Position numbers and translations under genes: made by a program
The notes under the pieces: generated by a model
Databases searched by the model: none
What the model was told of the DNA's origin: nothing
The model's input: only the letters and a program-made list of their open reading frames with translations
Shown: one piece after another, positions 8,432-17,383 of the stretch
Layout: each line of letters opens with the position of its first letter
Numbering within the stretch: the first letter of the stretch is position 1
Source of the DNA: Actinomycetota bacterium
GTDB taxonomy: Bacteria > Actinomycetota > Actinomycetes > Nanopelagicales > Nanopelagicaceae
Assembly: GCA_041182705.1 (NCBI GenBank)
Contig: JBEGNC010000118.1
Location: 1-40,070 of the forward strand
Direction: 5' to 3'
DNA length: 40,070 nt

Positions 8432-8862
8432 CGCTTTACGCCGCTTACGGTTCTAACCTGGATCCGCGACAGATGTTGCAACGTGCGCCCCATTCGCCTC
8501 ATCTTGGAACGGGTTGGTTGCGCGGATGGCGATTGACCTTTGGCGGCGAAGAAATCGGTTGGGAGGGCGCAGTTGCCACACTTGCTGAGGATTCAACGAA
8601 GAGCGTCTTTGTATCTATCTACGACCTAACCCGCCAAGATGAAGCTGCACTAGATAACTGGGAGGGTGTGAATACCGATCTATACCGGAAGATTCGCGTT
8701 CGAGTTGATACCTTGAACGGAAACCAACTTTGCTACGTATACGTCTTGAATTCATTCGAAGGTGGGCGACCCTCACAGCGCTATCTAGAGATAATGATTG
8801 GCGCTGCATTGGAAGCTGGTGCGCCAGATGACTATCTGACAGAACTTAGGAGTTTCCTTTGA
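8428..8862 (+). CDS. gamma-glutamylcyclotransferase (GGCT/AIG2-like) family protein
   Basis: It has the N-terminal YAAYGSNLDPRQM motif of GGCT-like folds and a size of 144 aa. It has a 4-nt overlap with both neighbours. Confidence 0.7.
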   Translation: MTLYAAYGSNLDPRQMLQRAPHSPHLGTGWLRGWRLTFGGEEIGWEGAVATLAEDSTKSVFVSIYDLTRQDEAALDNWEGVNTDLYRKIRVRVDTLNGNQLCYVYVLNSFEGGRPSQRYLEIMIGAALEAGAPDDYLTELRSFL

Positions 8863-10490
8863 TTTCAGCGGAGTTGCGTGAAGCGGTAATTTCTTGGATT
8901 GCAGATGATCCAGATCCAAAGACGCGCGCCCAACTCGAGTCGATGCTCGAAGGCGGCGATGAATCCGAGTTGAGATCTTGCTTCTCTGGTTTCCTCGAGT
9001 TTGGTACAGCAGGATTACGCGGTCCGTTAGGACCAGGGCCATCTCGAATGAATCGGGCGGTCGTATCCAAGACTGCGCTTGGGCTGGCTCGCTTTATGGC
9101 TAAATCTGGATTGAAATCCATCGTCATCGGCCGAGATGCCAGATATGGCTCGGAAGATTTCACCCGAGATACTGCTGAGATCATGAGTGGCGCCGGATTC
9201 GATGTATATGTGTTGCCTCGGCCATTGCCGACACCCGTCTTGGCCTTTGCCGTTCGAAAACTCAACTGCGATGTCGGCGTGATGGTCACCGCGAGCCACA
9301 ATCCACCGCAAGATAATGGTTACAAGGTCTATCTCGGTGGCACAGTCAATGGAACCATCTATAACGGTTCGCAAATAATCGCACCGACCGATAGCGAGAT
9401 CTCCCACGCAATCGCGACAGCGCCACAACTTCGAGATACCCCACGCGGCAATAGCTGGACCGTACTTCCGGAACAGGTGATTTCCGATTACATCGACGAG
9501 ACTGCAAAGCTCGCTCAACGCCCAGCGGAGATGAAGATCGTCTACACCGCCATGCATGGCGTTGGAAAAGAGGTCATAAGCAAGGTATTCGAACGCGCAG
9601 GTATGCCAAAGTTGATTCTTGTCAGCGAGCAAGCCGAGCCAGATCCAGATTTTCCAACTGTCGCCTTCCCAAATCCAGAGGAGCCCGGCGCAATAGACCT
9701 CGCCCTGGCTAAGGCGCGTGAGGTTGGTGCAGATCTGGTGATTGCCAATGATCCTGATGCGGATCGCTGTGCTGCTGCGATAAATGACAGTAAGACCGGT
9801 TGGCGAATGCTCCGTGGCGATGAAGTCGGCATCATCCTTGGTGAATATCTTGCAGTGAATGCTCCCGATAAAGTCGGAGTCTTCGCAAATTCCATTGTTT
9901 CATCCTCGGCACTTCGCAAGATTGCCGAGCACTACCAACTTCCGTTCACTGAGACGCTCACTGGATTCAAATATCTAGCTAAGGTGACGAATCTAAGATT
10001 CGGCTACGAAGAAGCGCTCGGATACTGCGTGGATGCCAAGATCGTAAACGATAAGGATGGGATCAGCGCTGCGCTGCTCTTGGCACAAATTGCTGCAGAT
10101 CTTAAAGAGGTGGGATCGAATTTCGAAAGTTTCCTAGATCAGATTTGGCAGCGGATTGGGTTTCATGCCACTCGACAGATCTCGGTAAGAACCCGAGATC
10201 TGTCGGATATAGAAAATGTCATGGGTCGGCTGCGAACGAATCGCCCGACTTCAATCGCCGGATTTGAAATCACTGGCTTCGATGACCTGGAACAACCAAG
10301 CGATGGATTGCCACCCACAAACGGGATTCGTCTCTGGCTCGCTGGGAAGTATCGCGTGATCGTTCGCCCCAGCGGAACGGAGCCGAAGATCAAGTGTTAC
10401 ATCGAGGTAGTCGAGCCAACCGCTGAAGCAGCTCTCCCCATCGTCGCGACTATCGAAAGCGCGTTTCGCACGATTCTGCAGGTAGCGTAA
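8859..10490 (+). CDS. phospho-sugar mutase (PmmB-like alpha-D-phosphohexomutase family; a phosphopentomutase role is likely from context)
   Basis: It has the catalytic serine loop GVMVTASHNPPQDNGYKVY and the N-terminal FGTAGLRG. The TTG start at 8859 is preceded by AGGAG and overlaps the upstream stop (TTGA). It lies directly upstream of deoC. Confidence 0.85.
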   Translation: MISAELREAVISWIADDPDPKTRAQLESMLEGGDESELRSCFSGFLEFGTAGLRGPLGPGPSRMNRAVVSKTALGLARFMAKSGLKSIVIGRDARYGSEDFTRDTAEIMSGAGFDVYVLPRPLPTPVLAFAVRKLNCDVGVMVTASHNPPQDNGYKVYLGGTVNGTIYNGSQIIAPTDSEISHAIATAPQLRDTPRGNSWTVLPEQVISDYIDETAKLAQRPAEMKIVYTAMHGVGKEVISKVFERAGMPKLILVSEQAEPDPDFPTVAFPNPEEPGAIDLALAKAREVGADLVIANDPDADRCAAAINDSKTGWRMLRGDEVGIILGEYLAVNAPDKVGVFANSIVSSSALRKIAEHYQLPFTETLTGFKYLAKVTNLRFGYEEALGYCVDAKIVNDKDGISAALLLAQIAADLKEVGSNFESFLDQIWQRIGFHATRQISVRTRDLSDIENVMGRLRTNRPTSIAGFEITGFDDLEQPSDGLPPTNGIRLWLAGKYRVIVRPSGTEPKIKCYIEVVEPTAEAALPIVATIESAFRTILQVA

Positions 10491-10494
10491 GGCC

Positions 10495-11436
10495 ATGAAA
10501 TCGCTGATTGATGGGAGCGAACAATCCCTCCGCGCTTTCCTTAATGAATTACCTGGGGTAGATAAGGTAGGCGCAGAAGCTCGCGCGGCGATGCTTGGAA
10601 CCAGAAGTATCAAGACTTCAAGTAAGGCGAAGGCGATCGATCTGGCAATCAGCATGGTCGACCTGACGACCCTAGAAGGCGCAGATACGCCCGGGAAAGT
10701 CCGATCCCTCTGCGCTAAAGCAGTTCGACCGGATCCACGAGATCCATCGGTCCCTCATGTCGGAGCGGTTTGTGTCTACAACGATATGGTCGATATTGCC
10801 CGAAGGACTCTGGATGAACTAGGTGGGCGGACCATTCCCGTTGCTGCGGTATCCACAGCATTCCCATCCGGTCGCGCCTCTATGAGTGTGAAGTTGCGTG
10901 ACACGAAGGATGCGATTGATGCTGGGGCTAGTGAGATAGATATGGTCATCGATCGCGGTGCATTCTTGTCGGGTCGAATCGGTGAAGTCTTCGAAGAGAT
11001 TCGCGAAATCAAATCGCTCTGTGGCAATCAAGCTCACCTTAAGGTGATTTTGGAGACTGGTGAACTTGCGACCTACGACAACGTCCGACGAGCCTCTTTC
11101 TTGGCGATGTTGGCGGGCGCAGATTTCATCAAGACCAGCACCGGCAAAGTCACGCCAGCTGCAACACCGCCGGTGGTTCTGATCATGCTTGAAGCCGTTC
11201 GAGATTTCCATCGCCTGACCGGCGAGCGGATTGGCGTGAAGCCAGCGGGTGGGATCAAAACCACCAAGGACGCGATAAAGCAATTGGTTCTGGTGAATGA
11301 GACAACTGGCCCAGAATGGCTCACTCCAAAACTATTCCGAATCGGAGCAAGTTCCCTACTAAATGACTTACTACTCCAACGTATGAAGTTAACGAGTGGT
11401 CGATATTCTGGAAGCAATTATGTTACGGTGGACTGA
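10495..11436 (+). CDS. deoC: deoxyribose-phosphate aldolase (long actinobacterial form)
   Basis: It has the Schiff-base lysine motif GADFIKTSTGKV and a size of 313 aa. Confidence 0.9.
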   Translation: MKSLIDGSEQSLRAFLNELPGVDKVGAEARAAMLGTRSIKTSSKAKAIDLAISMVDLTTLEGADTPGKVRSLCAKAVRPDPRDPSVPHVGAVCVYNDMVDIARRTLDELGGRTIPVAAVSTAFPSGRASMSVKLRDTKDAIDAGASEIDMVIDRGAFLSGRIGEVFEEIREIKSLCGNQAHLKVILETGELATYDNVRRASFLAMLAGADFIKTSTGKVTPAATPPVVLIMLEAVRDFHRLTGERIGVKPAGGIKTTKDAIKQLVLVNETTGPEWLTPKLFRIGASSLLNDLLLQRMKLTSGRYSGSNYVTVD

Positions 11437-11438
11437 AT

Positions 11439-12887
11439 ATGACCGCTGAGATCTTCGAATACGCACCGGCGCCGGAGTCGACGGCAATCGTCAATATCGC
11501 CGACACTTATGGTCTTTTCATAAATGGAAAATTCGTAGCGCCGCATTCAAAGACCCGATTCGCCACGATAAATCCCGCTACCGAAGCGACGCTGAGTCGA
11601 GTAGCTCAAGCTGACCAGGTTGATGTGGATAAGGCCGTCAAAGCTGCGCGGGCAGCCCACACCAAGGTCTGGTCGAAAACCAAACCAAAAGATCGTGCAA
11701 AGTACCTGTTCCGGATTGCTCGCCTGATACAGGAGCGGGCTCGCGAGTTTGCGGTATTGGAGAGCCTTGATAATGGGAAGCCGATTCGCGAGACACGTGA
11801 TGTGGATGTTCCGCTCGCAGCGGCCCACTTCTTCTATCACGCCGGCTGGGCAGATAAGTTGGAATATGCCGGAGTAGGTAATTCTCCAAAACCTCATGGC
11901 GTAGTCGCGCAGATAATCCCGTGGAACTTCCCGCTTCTGATGCTTGCTTGGAAAGTAGCTCCAGCGCTTGCTACTGGAAATACCGTTGTGTTGAAGCCAG
12001 CTGAGACGACGCCACTTACTGCTCTTTTATTCGCTGAGATCTGTGAACAAGCCGAACTCCCAGCCGGGGTCGTGAACATCATCACTGGAGATGGTCGGAC
12101 TGGTGCAGCATTAGTTGCGCATCCCGATATCGATAAGGTCGCATTCACCGGATCTACTGAGGTCGGCAAGTTGATCGCCAATTCACTGGCAGATCGAAAT
12201 GTTCCAGCGACCCTGGAACTTGGCGGTAAAGGTGCCAACATCGTCTTCGACGATGCGCCGCTGGATGAGGCGGTCGAAGGAATCATCAACGGCATATTCT
12301 TCAATCAAGGCCATGTTTGTTGTGCTGGTTCACGGCTATTGCTCCAGGAGAGTATCGTCGATGAATTCTTGGCGAGCCTTCAATCACGAATGGCAAAGAT
12401 CCGAGTTGGAGATCCACTTGATAAGAACACTGATCTAGGTGCAATCAACTCGAGCGCCCAACTCGCGAAGATAAAGGAGTTGAGCGAATCTGGCATCAAG
12501 GAGGGCGCTGAGATTTGGAGCGCGCCTTGCTCACTACCGCAAAAGGGATTCTGGTTTGCACCAACTATCTTCACTGGTGTCACGCAGGCCCATCGAATCG
12601 CGCGCGAAGAGATCTTCGGTCCAGTGCTATCAGTGTTGACCTTCCGTACTCCACAAGAGGCGATTGAGAAGGCGAATAACACTCCTTATGGACTTTCAGC
12701 AGGTATCTGGACCGATAAAGGTTCGCGAATCCTCTGGGCTGCAAATGAGTTGAAAGCCGGAGTCATCTGGGCGAATACCTTCAATAAATTCGATCCAGCT
12801 AGCCCATTTGGCGGCTACAAGGAATCTGGTTGGGGTCGCGAAGGTGGCCGACATGGCTTAGCCGCTTACCTGAAAGGTGGTGAGTGA
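11439..12887 (+). CDS. NAD(P)-dependent aldehyde dehydrogenase (probably acetaldehyde from DeoC)
   Basis: It has the ALDH motifs IIPWNFPL, FTGSTEVG, ELGGKG and the catalytic Cys context FFNQGHVCCAGSR. The size is 482 aa. Confidence 0.9.
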   Translation: MTAEIFEYAPAPESTAIVNIADTYGLFINGKFVAPHSKTRFATINPATEATLSRVAQADQVDVDKAVKAARAAHTKVWSKTKPKDRAKYLFRIARLIQERAREFAVLESLDNGKPIRETRDVDVPLAAAHFFYHAGWADKLEYAGVGNSPKPHGVVAQIIPWNFPLLMLAWKVAPALATGNTVVLKPAETTPLTALLFAEICEQAELPAGVVNIITGDGRTGAALVAHPDIDKVAFTGSTEVGKLIANSLADRNVPATLELGGKGANIVFDDAPLDEAVEGIINGIFFNQGHVCCAGSRLLLQESIVDEFLASLQSRMAKIRVGDPLDKNTDLGAINSSAQLAKIKELSESGIKEGAEIWSAPCSLPQKGFWFAPTIFTGVTQAHRIAREEIFGPVLSVLTFRTPQEAIEKANNTPYGLSAGIWTDKGSRILWAANELKAGVIWANTFNKFDPASPFGGYKESGWGREGGRHGLAAYLKGGE

Positions 12888-13726
12888 TGCGCCTTGATGT
12901 GATGAAGACCTACAAGCTATTCATCGGTGGTGCGTTCCCGCGGAGCGAATCTGGGCGCTCATACCAAGTTAAGGATAAGCGTGGTGAATTCATCGCAAAC
13001 CCAGCTTGGGCATCGCGGAAAGATCTACGTGACGCCGTAGTCGCCGCGAAAGGTTCTTTTTCTGGCTGGTCTCACGCGACTGCTTATAACCGAGGCCAGA
13101 TTCTCTATCGAATCGCTGAGATGATGGAGGGAAGAAGCGAACAGTTCATCGCCGAGATCATGGCGCTAGAAGGCGTGACTGAGAAGAATGCCCGAGCACA
13201 AGTATCGGAAGCGATCGACCTATGGGTCTGGTATGCCGGATGGACCGATAAGTTGTCTTCAATCTATGGCAGCACAAATCCAATCGCTGCTCCCTATTTC
13301 AACTTCACGATCCCAGAACCAATCGGAGTAGTCGGCATCATCTCCGAGGAGAAGGATTCGCTATTGGGATTAGTTCGTGCGTTGGCGCCGATCATCGCCA
13401 GCGGCAATAGCGCCGTTGTGATTTCTAGTGAAACTCGCCCACTTCCTGCAATGACCTTCGCTGAGGTACTTGCTACAAGTGATCTGCCAGCTGGTGTGGT
13501 CAATATCCTGACTGGCAAGAAAGCAGAACTTCTTCCTTGGCTCGCTTCGCACATGGATGTGGATGCACTCGATATCTCCGGTGCGAATCCAAAGTTGGAT
13601 GGTGAGTTACGCCGATTAGGAACCGAGAATCTGAAGCGGATCCATAGATTTAGTAAGAAGGATTCACCAAAACGGATTTTGAGCTACATGGAGTTGAAGA
13701 CGGTTTGGCACCCGATCGGAATCTAG
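12884..13726 (+). CDS. truncated aldehyde-dehydrogenase-like protein lacking the catalytic domain (280 aa)
   Basis: It aligns by eye to the N-terminal cofactor-binding half of the upstream ALDH (LPAGVVNILTG vs LPAGVVNIITG) and keeps a C-terminal tail (MELKTVW). It lacks PWNFP (it has SEEKDS), FTGST (it has ISGAN) and the whole Cys-containing catalytic domain. Its start overlaps the upstream stop (GTGATG). Confidence 0.7.
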   Translation: MMRLDVMKTYKLFIGGAFPRSESGRSYQVKDKRGEFIANPAWASRKDLRDAVVAAKGSFSGWSHATAYNRGQILYRIAEMMEGRSEQFIAEIMALEGVTEKNARAQVSEAIDLWVWYAGWTDKLSSIYGSTNPIAAPYFNFTIPEPIGVVGIISEEKDSLLGLVRALAPIIASGNSAVVISSETRPLPAMTFAEVLATSDLPAGVVNILTGKKAELLPWLASHMDVDALDISGANPKLDGELRRLGTENLKRIHRFSKKDSPKRILSYMELKTVWHPIGI

Positions 13727-15006
13727 CTGATTCGGGTAACAACCAGCGGTAATCGCTCTGCTAAAGAATCACCGATCTTCACCGCATCCTTCAAGGCTGC
13801 CTCGGCTCGTTCGAAACGATTCGGTTCATCGGTATGTAAGGTGAATAGCGGGTCTCCAGCTTTAATGGATTGACCTGGTTTGGCATGAATCTCGATTCCG
13901 GCACCAGCTTGCACCTGTTCACCTTGTCGTTCACGTCCGGCGCCCAATCGCCATGCCGCGATTCCTACGCTTAAGGCGTGCATCGAGGAGATGACGCCAG
14001 AATCGGTGGCGGAGATGATCTTCTCTTCGCGCGCTACCGGAAGTTTTCCATCTGGATCGCCACCCTGAGCGCGAACCATCCGCCGCCAATGATCCATCGC
14101 GCTTCCATCTTTTAGCGCGGTTTCGGGATCCTTGCCTTTGATCTGCGCAGCATCCAACATCTCGCGGGCGAGAATCAAAGTCAGTTCGACTACATCTGCG
14201 GGTCCGCCACCGGCAAGAACCTCGACTGATTCGCGAACCTCAAGAGCGTTACCTGCAGTTAGGCCGAGCGGAACATCCATCGCTGTTACTAAGGCGCGAG
14301 TGTTTACGCCAGCTCGCTTACCCAATGCCACCATCGTCTCGGCTAACTCCTTGGCCTGCTCAGGTTCCGACATGAATGCACCGTTACCGGTCTTCACATC
14401 GAGTATCAATGCGCTAGTTCCTTCTGCAATCTTCTTACTCATAATCGATGAAGCGATCAACGGAATTGATTGAACGGTAGCTGTCACATCACGGAGCGCA
14501 TATAGCTTCTTATCGGCCGGAGCCAGACCACTTCCCGCGGCACAAATTACGGCGCCACATTCTTGTAGAACTCTTAGCATTTCTTCATTTGATAGTGATG
14601 CCCGCCATCCTGGAATCGCTTCCATTTTGTCGAGGGTGCCTCCGGTATGACCCAAGCCGCGACCAGAGAGTTGTGGAACTGCAGCGCCACAAGCGGCAAC
14701 TAGCGGGGCCAATGGGAGCGTGATCTTGTCGCCGACTCCACCAGTGGAATGCTTATCAACAGTAGGTTTATTCAGCGCCTGCCAGGACATTCGCTCACCA
14801 CTTGCGATCATGGCATCGGTCCAACGTGAAATCTCTCGAGGATTCATCCCATTCAACAAGATTGCCATCAGCAATGCAGACATCTGTTCATCGGCGACTA
14901 CACCCCGTACATAAGCATCAATCACCCAATCAATCTGGGGATCGCTTAATTCAAATCGATCTCGTTTAGCAGAGATGATCTCAACAGCTGCAAACTTTTC
15001 AGCCAT
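13723..15006 (-). CDS. deoA: thymidine/pyrimidine-nucleoside phosphorylase
   Basis: It has the motifs KHSTGGVGDKITL and LSGRGLGHTGGTLDK. The size is 427 aa. Confidence 0.9.
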   Translation of the reverse strand: MAEKFAAVEIISAKRDRFELSDPQIDWVIDAYVRGVVADEQMSALLMAILLNGMNPREISRWTDAMIASGERMSWQALNKPTVDKHSTGGVGDKITLPLAPLVAACGAAVPQLSGRGLGHTGGTLDKMEAIPGWRASLSNEEMLRVLQECGAVICAAGSGLAPADKKLYALRDVTATVQSIPLIASSIMSKKIAEGTSALILDVKTGNGAFMSEPEQAKELAETMVALGKRAGVNTRALVTAMDVPLGLTAGNALEVRESVEVLAGGGPADVVELTLILAREMLDAAQIKGKDPETALKDGSAMDHWRRMVRAQGGDPDGKLPVAREEKIISATDSGVISSMHALSVGIAAWRLGAGRERQGEQVQAGAGIEIHAKPGQSIKAGDPLFTLHTDEPNRFERAEAALKDAVKIGDSLAERLPLVVTRIS

Positions 15007-15015
15007 GTGTTCGCC

Positions 15016-15408
15016 TCACTTGGATTTCTTCAGATCTTCTGGACCGAATCCCCAAGGCAGGATCTTCGACATCTTCATCGGCCCTTCGGGAGTTAGAAGT
15101 TCTAACTCACCTCCGCCATGCTCGAAGAGTAATTGGCGACATCTACCGCATGGTGAGAGCAGCGCACCATCTGCATCAACACAGACAACCGCTATTAGGC
15201 GTCCGCCACCCGTCATCGCCAAGCTTGAGACCATCGAACACTCCGCGCAGAGCGTCAATCCATAACTCGCGTTCTCCACATTGCAGCCACTGATCACACG
15301 ACCATCGTCTACCAAACCTGCAACCCCGACTGGGAATTTCGAATATGGTGCGTACGCAAACTTAGTGGCGCGCATCGCCTCTTCCTGCAACATCTTCCAG
15401 TCGATCAT
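15016..15408 (-). CDS. cdd: cytidine deaminase
   Basis: It has the zinc-ligand motifs CAECSMV and PCGRCRQ. I prefer the ATG at 15408 (130 aa). It is preceded by AGGAG in TAGGAGCGTCATG, where TAG is the stop of the upstream gene. The ORF-track start at 15447 would overlap that gene by 32 nt. Confidence 0.9.
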   Translation of the reverse strand: MIDWKMLQEEAMRATKFAYAPYSKFPVGVAGLVDDGRVISGCNVENASYGLTLCAECSMVSSLAMTGGGRLIAVVCVDADGALLSPCGRCRQLLFEHGGGELELLTPEGPMKMSKILPWGFGPEDLKKSK

Positions 15409-15415
15409 GACGCTC

Positions 15416-17383
15416 CTATCTTGGAAATCCTGCAGCAACGCCACCATCCACCGGTATTACAGCACCAGTCGTACGTGATGACTCATCTGAGAGCAGGAAC
15501 GCTACTGAGCGAGCGACATCAGATGAACGTACCCGCGCCTTGAGGATGTTTCGTTTGGCGTAGAAATCCTCGAGTTCCTCAGGTTTTACGCCATGCTCTT
15601 TCGCCCGCTGCTCTCGGATGCCACCCTCCCAGAGCTTGCTGTTGTCGAAGACCGCATCGGGATTTAGCGCATTGGCGCGCACACCAATCGCACCGCCTTC
15701 CAAAGCAGCAATCCGCATCAACTGGATCATTCCCGCCTTGGTCACGGAATATCCACCAAAGCCTGCGCCAGGTGCGAAGGCATTCTTACTTGCGATGTAG
15801 ACCAGTGAACCGCCCATTGCCTGGGTGCGCATAGCGCGCATCGCATACTTTGTTAAAAGGAATGAACTAGTCAGATTTATCTCGATGCCACGTCGCCATT
15901 GCTCCGGGGAAAGCTCTTCCAGAGTGCCAGGAACACCAATACCGGCGTTCAGTATGACGCCATCCAAGCCGCCGAAATTATCGATTGTCTTTGAAACCGT
16001 TTCCTGCACTACAGCTTCACTACTTTGATCGCCTTCGATAAGTAAAGGTTTGGCAAACTTTCCGGCAATAAATTCTGCTTCCGTTGCAGCTAGTCCCTTC
16101 GCATCTAAATCCGCCAATACCACATTCGCGCCGAGTGAGCCAAGGTGAAGCGCTATTCCGCGGCCAATGCCACTTCCGGCACCAGTAACGATAAAAATGT
16201 TTCCCGTAAGTGGCGGTGCCTTCGGTTTCAATTTCAACTTAAACAATTCCATCGGCCAATAATCAAAGCCAAATATCTCCGCATCCGGCAAGGTGCGCGG
16301 CTTAGGGAAACAATCGACGACAGTTGCGCCAACAGAGTGGGTATGGAATGCAATATCCGCCAGCATCTTGGTCTCACCGGTATTAGCGCCGGCGCCAATC
16401 ATGCCGACGCCAGGAGTTAGGAAGACTTTTGGATCATTGCCGTGGCTGGAATATCCCGGCGGCAAGAGCGACTTATTCGCCTCGAAGTACGAGTCGTATC
16501 GCGACCGGTAAGTATCAACAGCGTTCTCTAGATTCTCTGGAGTGAGCAGACAAGACCAAGGGCGGATACGAAGCATGTGATCAGCGCTGGCAGCACCAGC
16601 GGCAAGCACCTTCGGAAGATCTGTTCGATCTGCAATCTGGCGAAGTCTGGTGTCGACCCGGAGAACTTGCTTCTTACCGATCTTGCCGCGGAGCCGTAGT
16701 AGAAGTTCCCGGATCTCATCATCGCGCAGATCTTGATGTCGGAAATCCGCCTTCGGTGGCTCCTTTAAAGTAGCGAGGAACTTCTCGGCGGTTTCGACTG
16801 CCGCCAATGTCTTGCCGTAACACTTGTCGCTATCGTCATCCCAGACAATCAGTCCGTGATGGGCTAGCACCACGCCTTCATAATCCTTCAATTCACTTAC
16901 TAATTTTGAGAGTTCGAAACCTGGACGTAGCCATTCGACGAAGGCAAATCCCTCACCTAGGGCATCTTTCACCGCAGCTTGCGCGTCCTCATGGTTCGTC
17001 AGTGCACAGATCGCATCCGCATGGACGTGGTCTATATGTCGCGCCGGGAGAAAAGCATGAAGCAAGGTCTCGATAGATGGTCGGCGCGCGCTTGGATCGA
17101 CTAGTGCACGGGTAACGAAATCGACCATCGTGTCATCGTCTAGCTCGCCCTTGGCCTTCAGCGCAATCAGTTCTTCCAGATATAGAGCGGGATAGTCGAC
17201 TGCTTCGCCATACTGCATATCAGCGCCAGATCCCTTTACCCAAAGTACTTTTCGATTTCTTCCCAGGTAATCGGTGATCTCGCCCTTTGCAGAGGTATTT
17301 CCACCGCCATAAACGACGAGTGATTGATCTGCACCGATCAACTTAGAGCGTGCAACCAGTTTCGTAAGATCTGGATGGTTCAT
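15416..17383 (-). CDS. bifunctional class II aldolase / short-chain dehydrogenase (RhaD/YuxG/RhaEW-type fusion)
   Basis: The N-terminal half has class II aldolase/adducin motifs (GGGNTSAKG, HIDHVHAD, VLAHHGLIVW). The C-terminal half is a classical SDR (TGAGSGIGRGIA, NAGIG, YSVTKAG). Its ATG overlaps the mtnA stop (ATGA). Confidence 0.85.
   Translation of the reverse strand: MNHPDLTKLVARSKLIGADQSLVVYGGGNTSAKGEITDYLGRNRKVLWVKGSGADMQYGEAVDYPALYLEELIALKAKGELDDDTMVDFVTRALVDPSARRPSIETLLHAFLPARHIDHVHADAICALTNHEDAQAAVKDALGEGFAFVEWLRPGFELSKLVSELKDYEGVVLAHHGLIVWDDDSDKCYGKTLAAVETAEKFLATLKEPPKADFRHQDLRDDEIRELLLRLRGKIGKKQVLRVDTRLRQIADRTDLPKVLAAGAASADHMLRIRPWSCLLTPENLENAVDTYRSRYDSYFEANKSLLPPGYSSHGNDPKVFLTPGVGMIGAGANTGETKMLADIAFHTHSVGATVVDCFPKPRTLPDAEIFGFDYWPMELFKLKLKPKAPPLTGNIFIVTGAGSGIGRGIALHLGSLGANVVLADLDAKGLAATEAEFIAGKFAKPLLIEGDQSSEAVVQETVSKTIDNFGGLDGVILNAGIGVPGTLEELSPEQWRRGIEINLTSSFLLTKYAMRAMRTQAMGGSLVYIASKNAFAPGAGFGGYSVTKAGMIQLMRIAALEGGAIGVRANALNPDAVFDNSKLWEGGIREQRAKEHGVKPEELEDFYAKRNILKARVRSSDVARSVAFLLSDESSRTTGAVIPVDGGVAAGFPR

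Noticed and set aside
9027-9919. Two overlapping minus-strand ORFs (201 aa and 125 aa).
   Set aside because: They are antisense to the phospho-sugar mutase gene, which has a clear catalytic motif. I see no domain signatures or RBS context. They are probably spurious.
10251-10655. A 134-aa minus-strand ORF spanning the pmm-deoC junction.
   Set aside because: It is antisense to two strongly supported genes, and I recognise no motif in it.
15409-15447. The upstream ATG start for cdd (143-aa version).
   Set aside because: It would overlap the aldolase/SDR gene by 32 nt. ATG 15408 has an AGGAG SD and gives the standard ~130-aa tetrameric-type cytidine deaminase.
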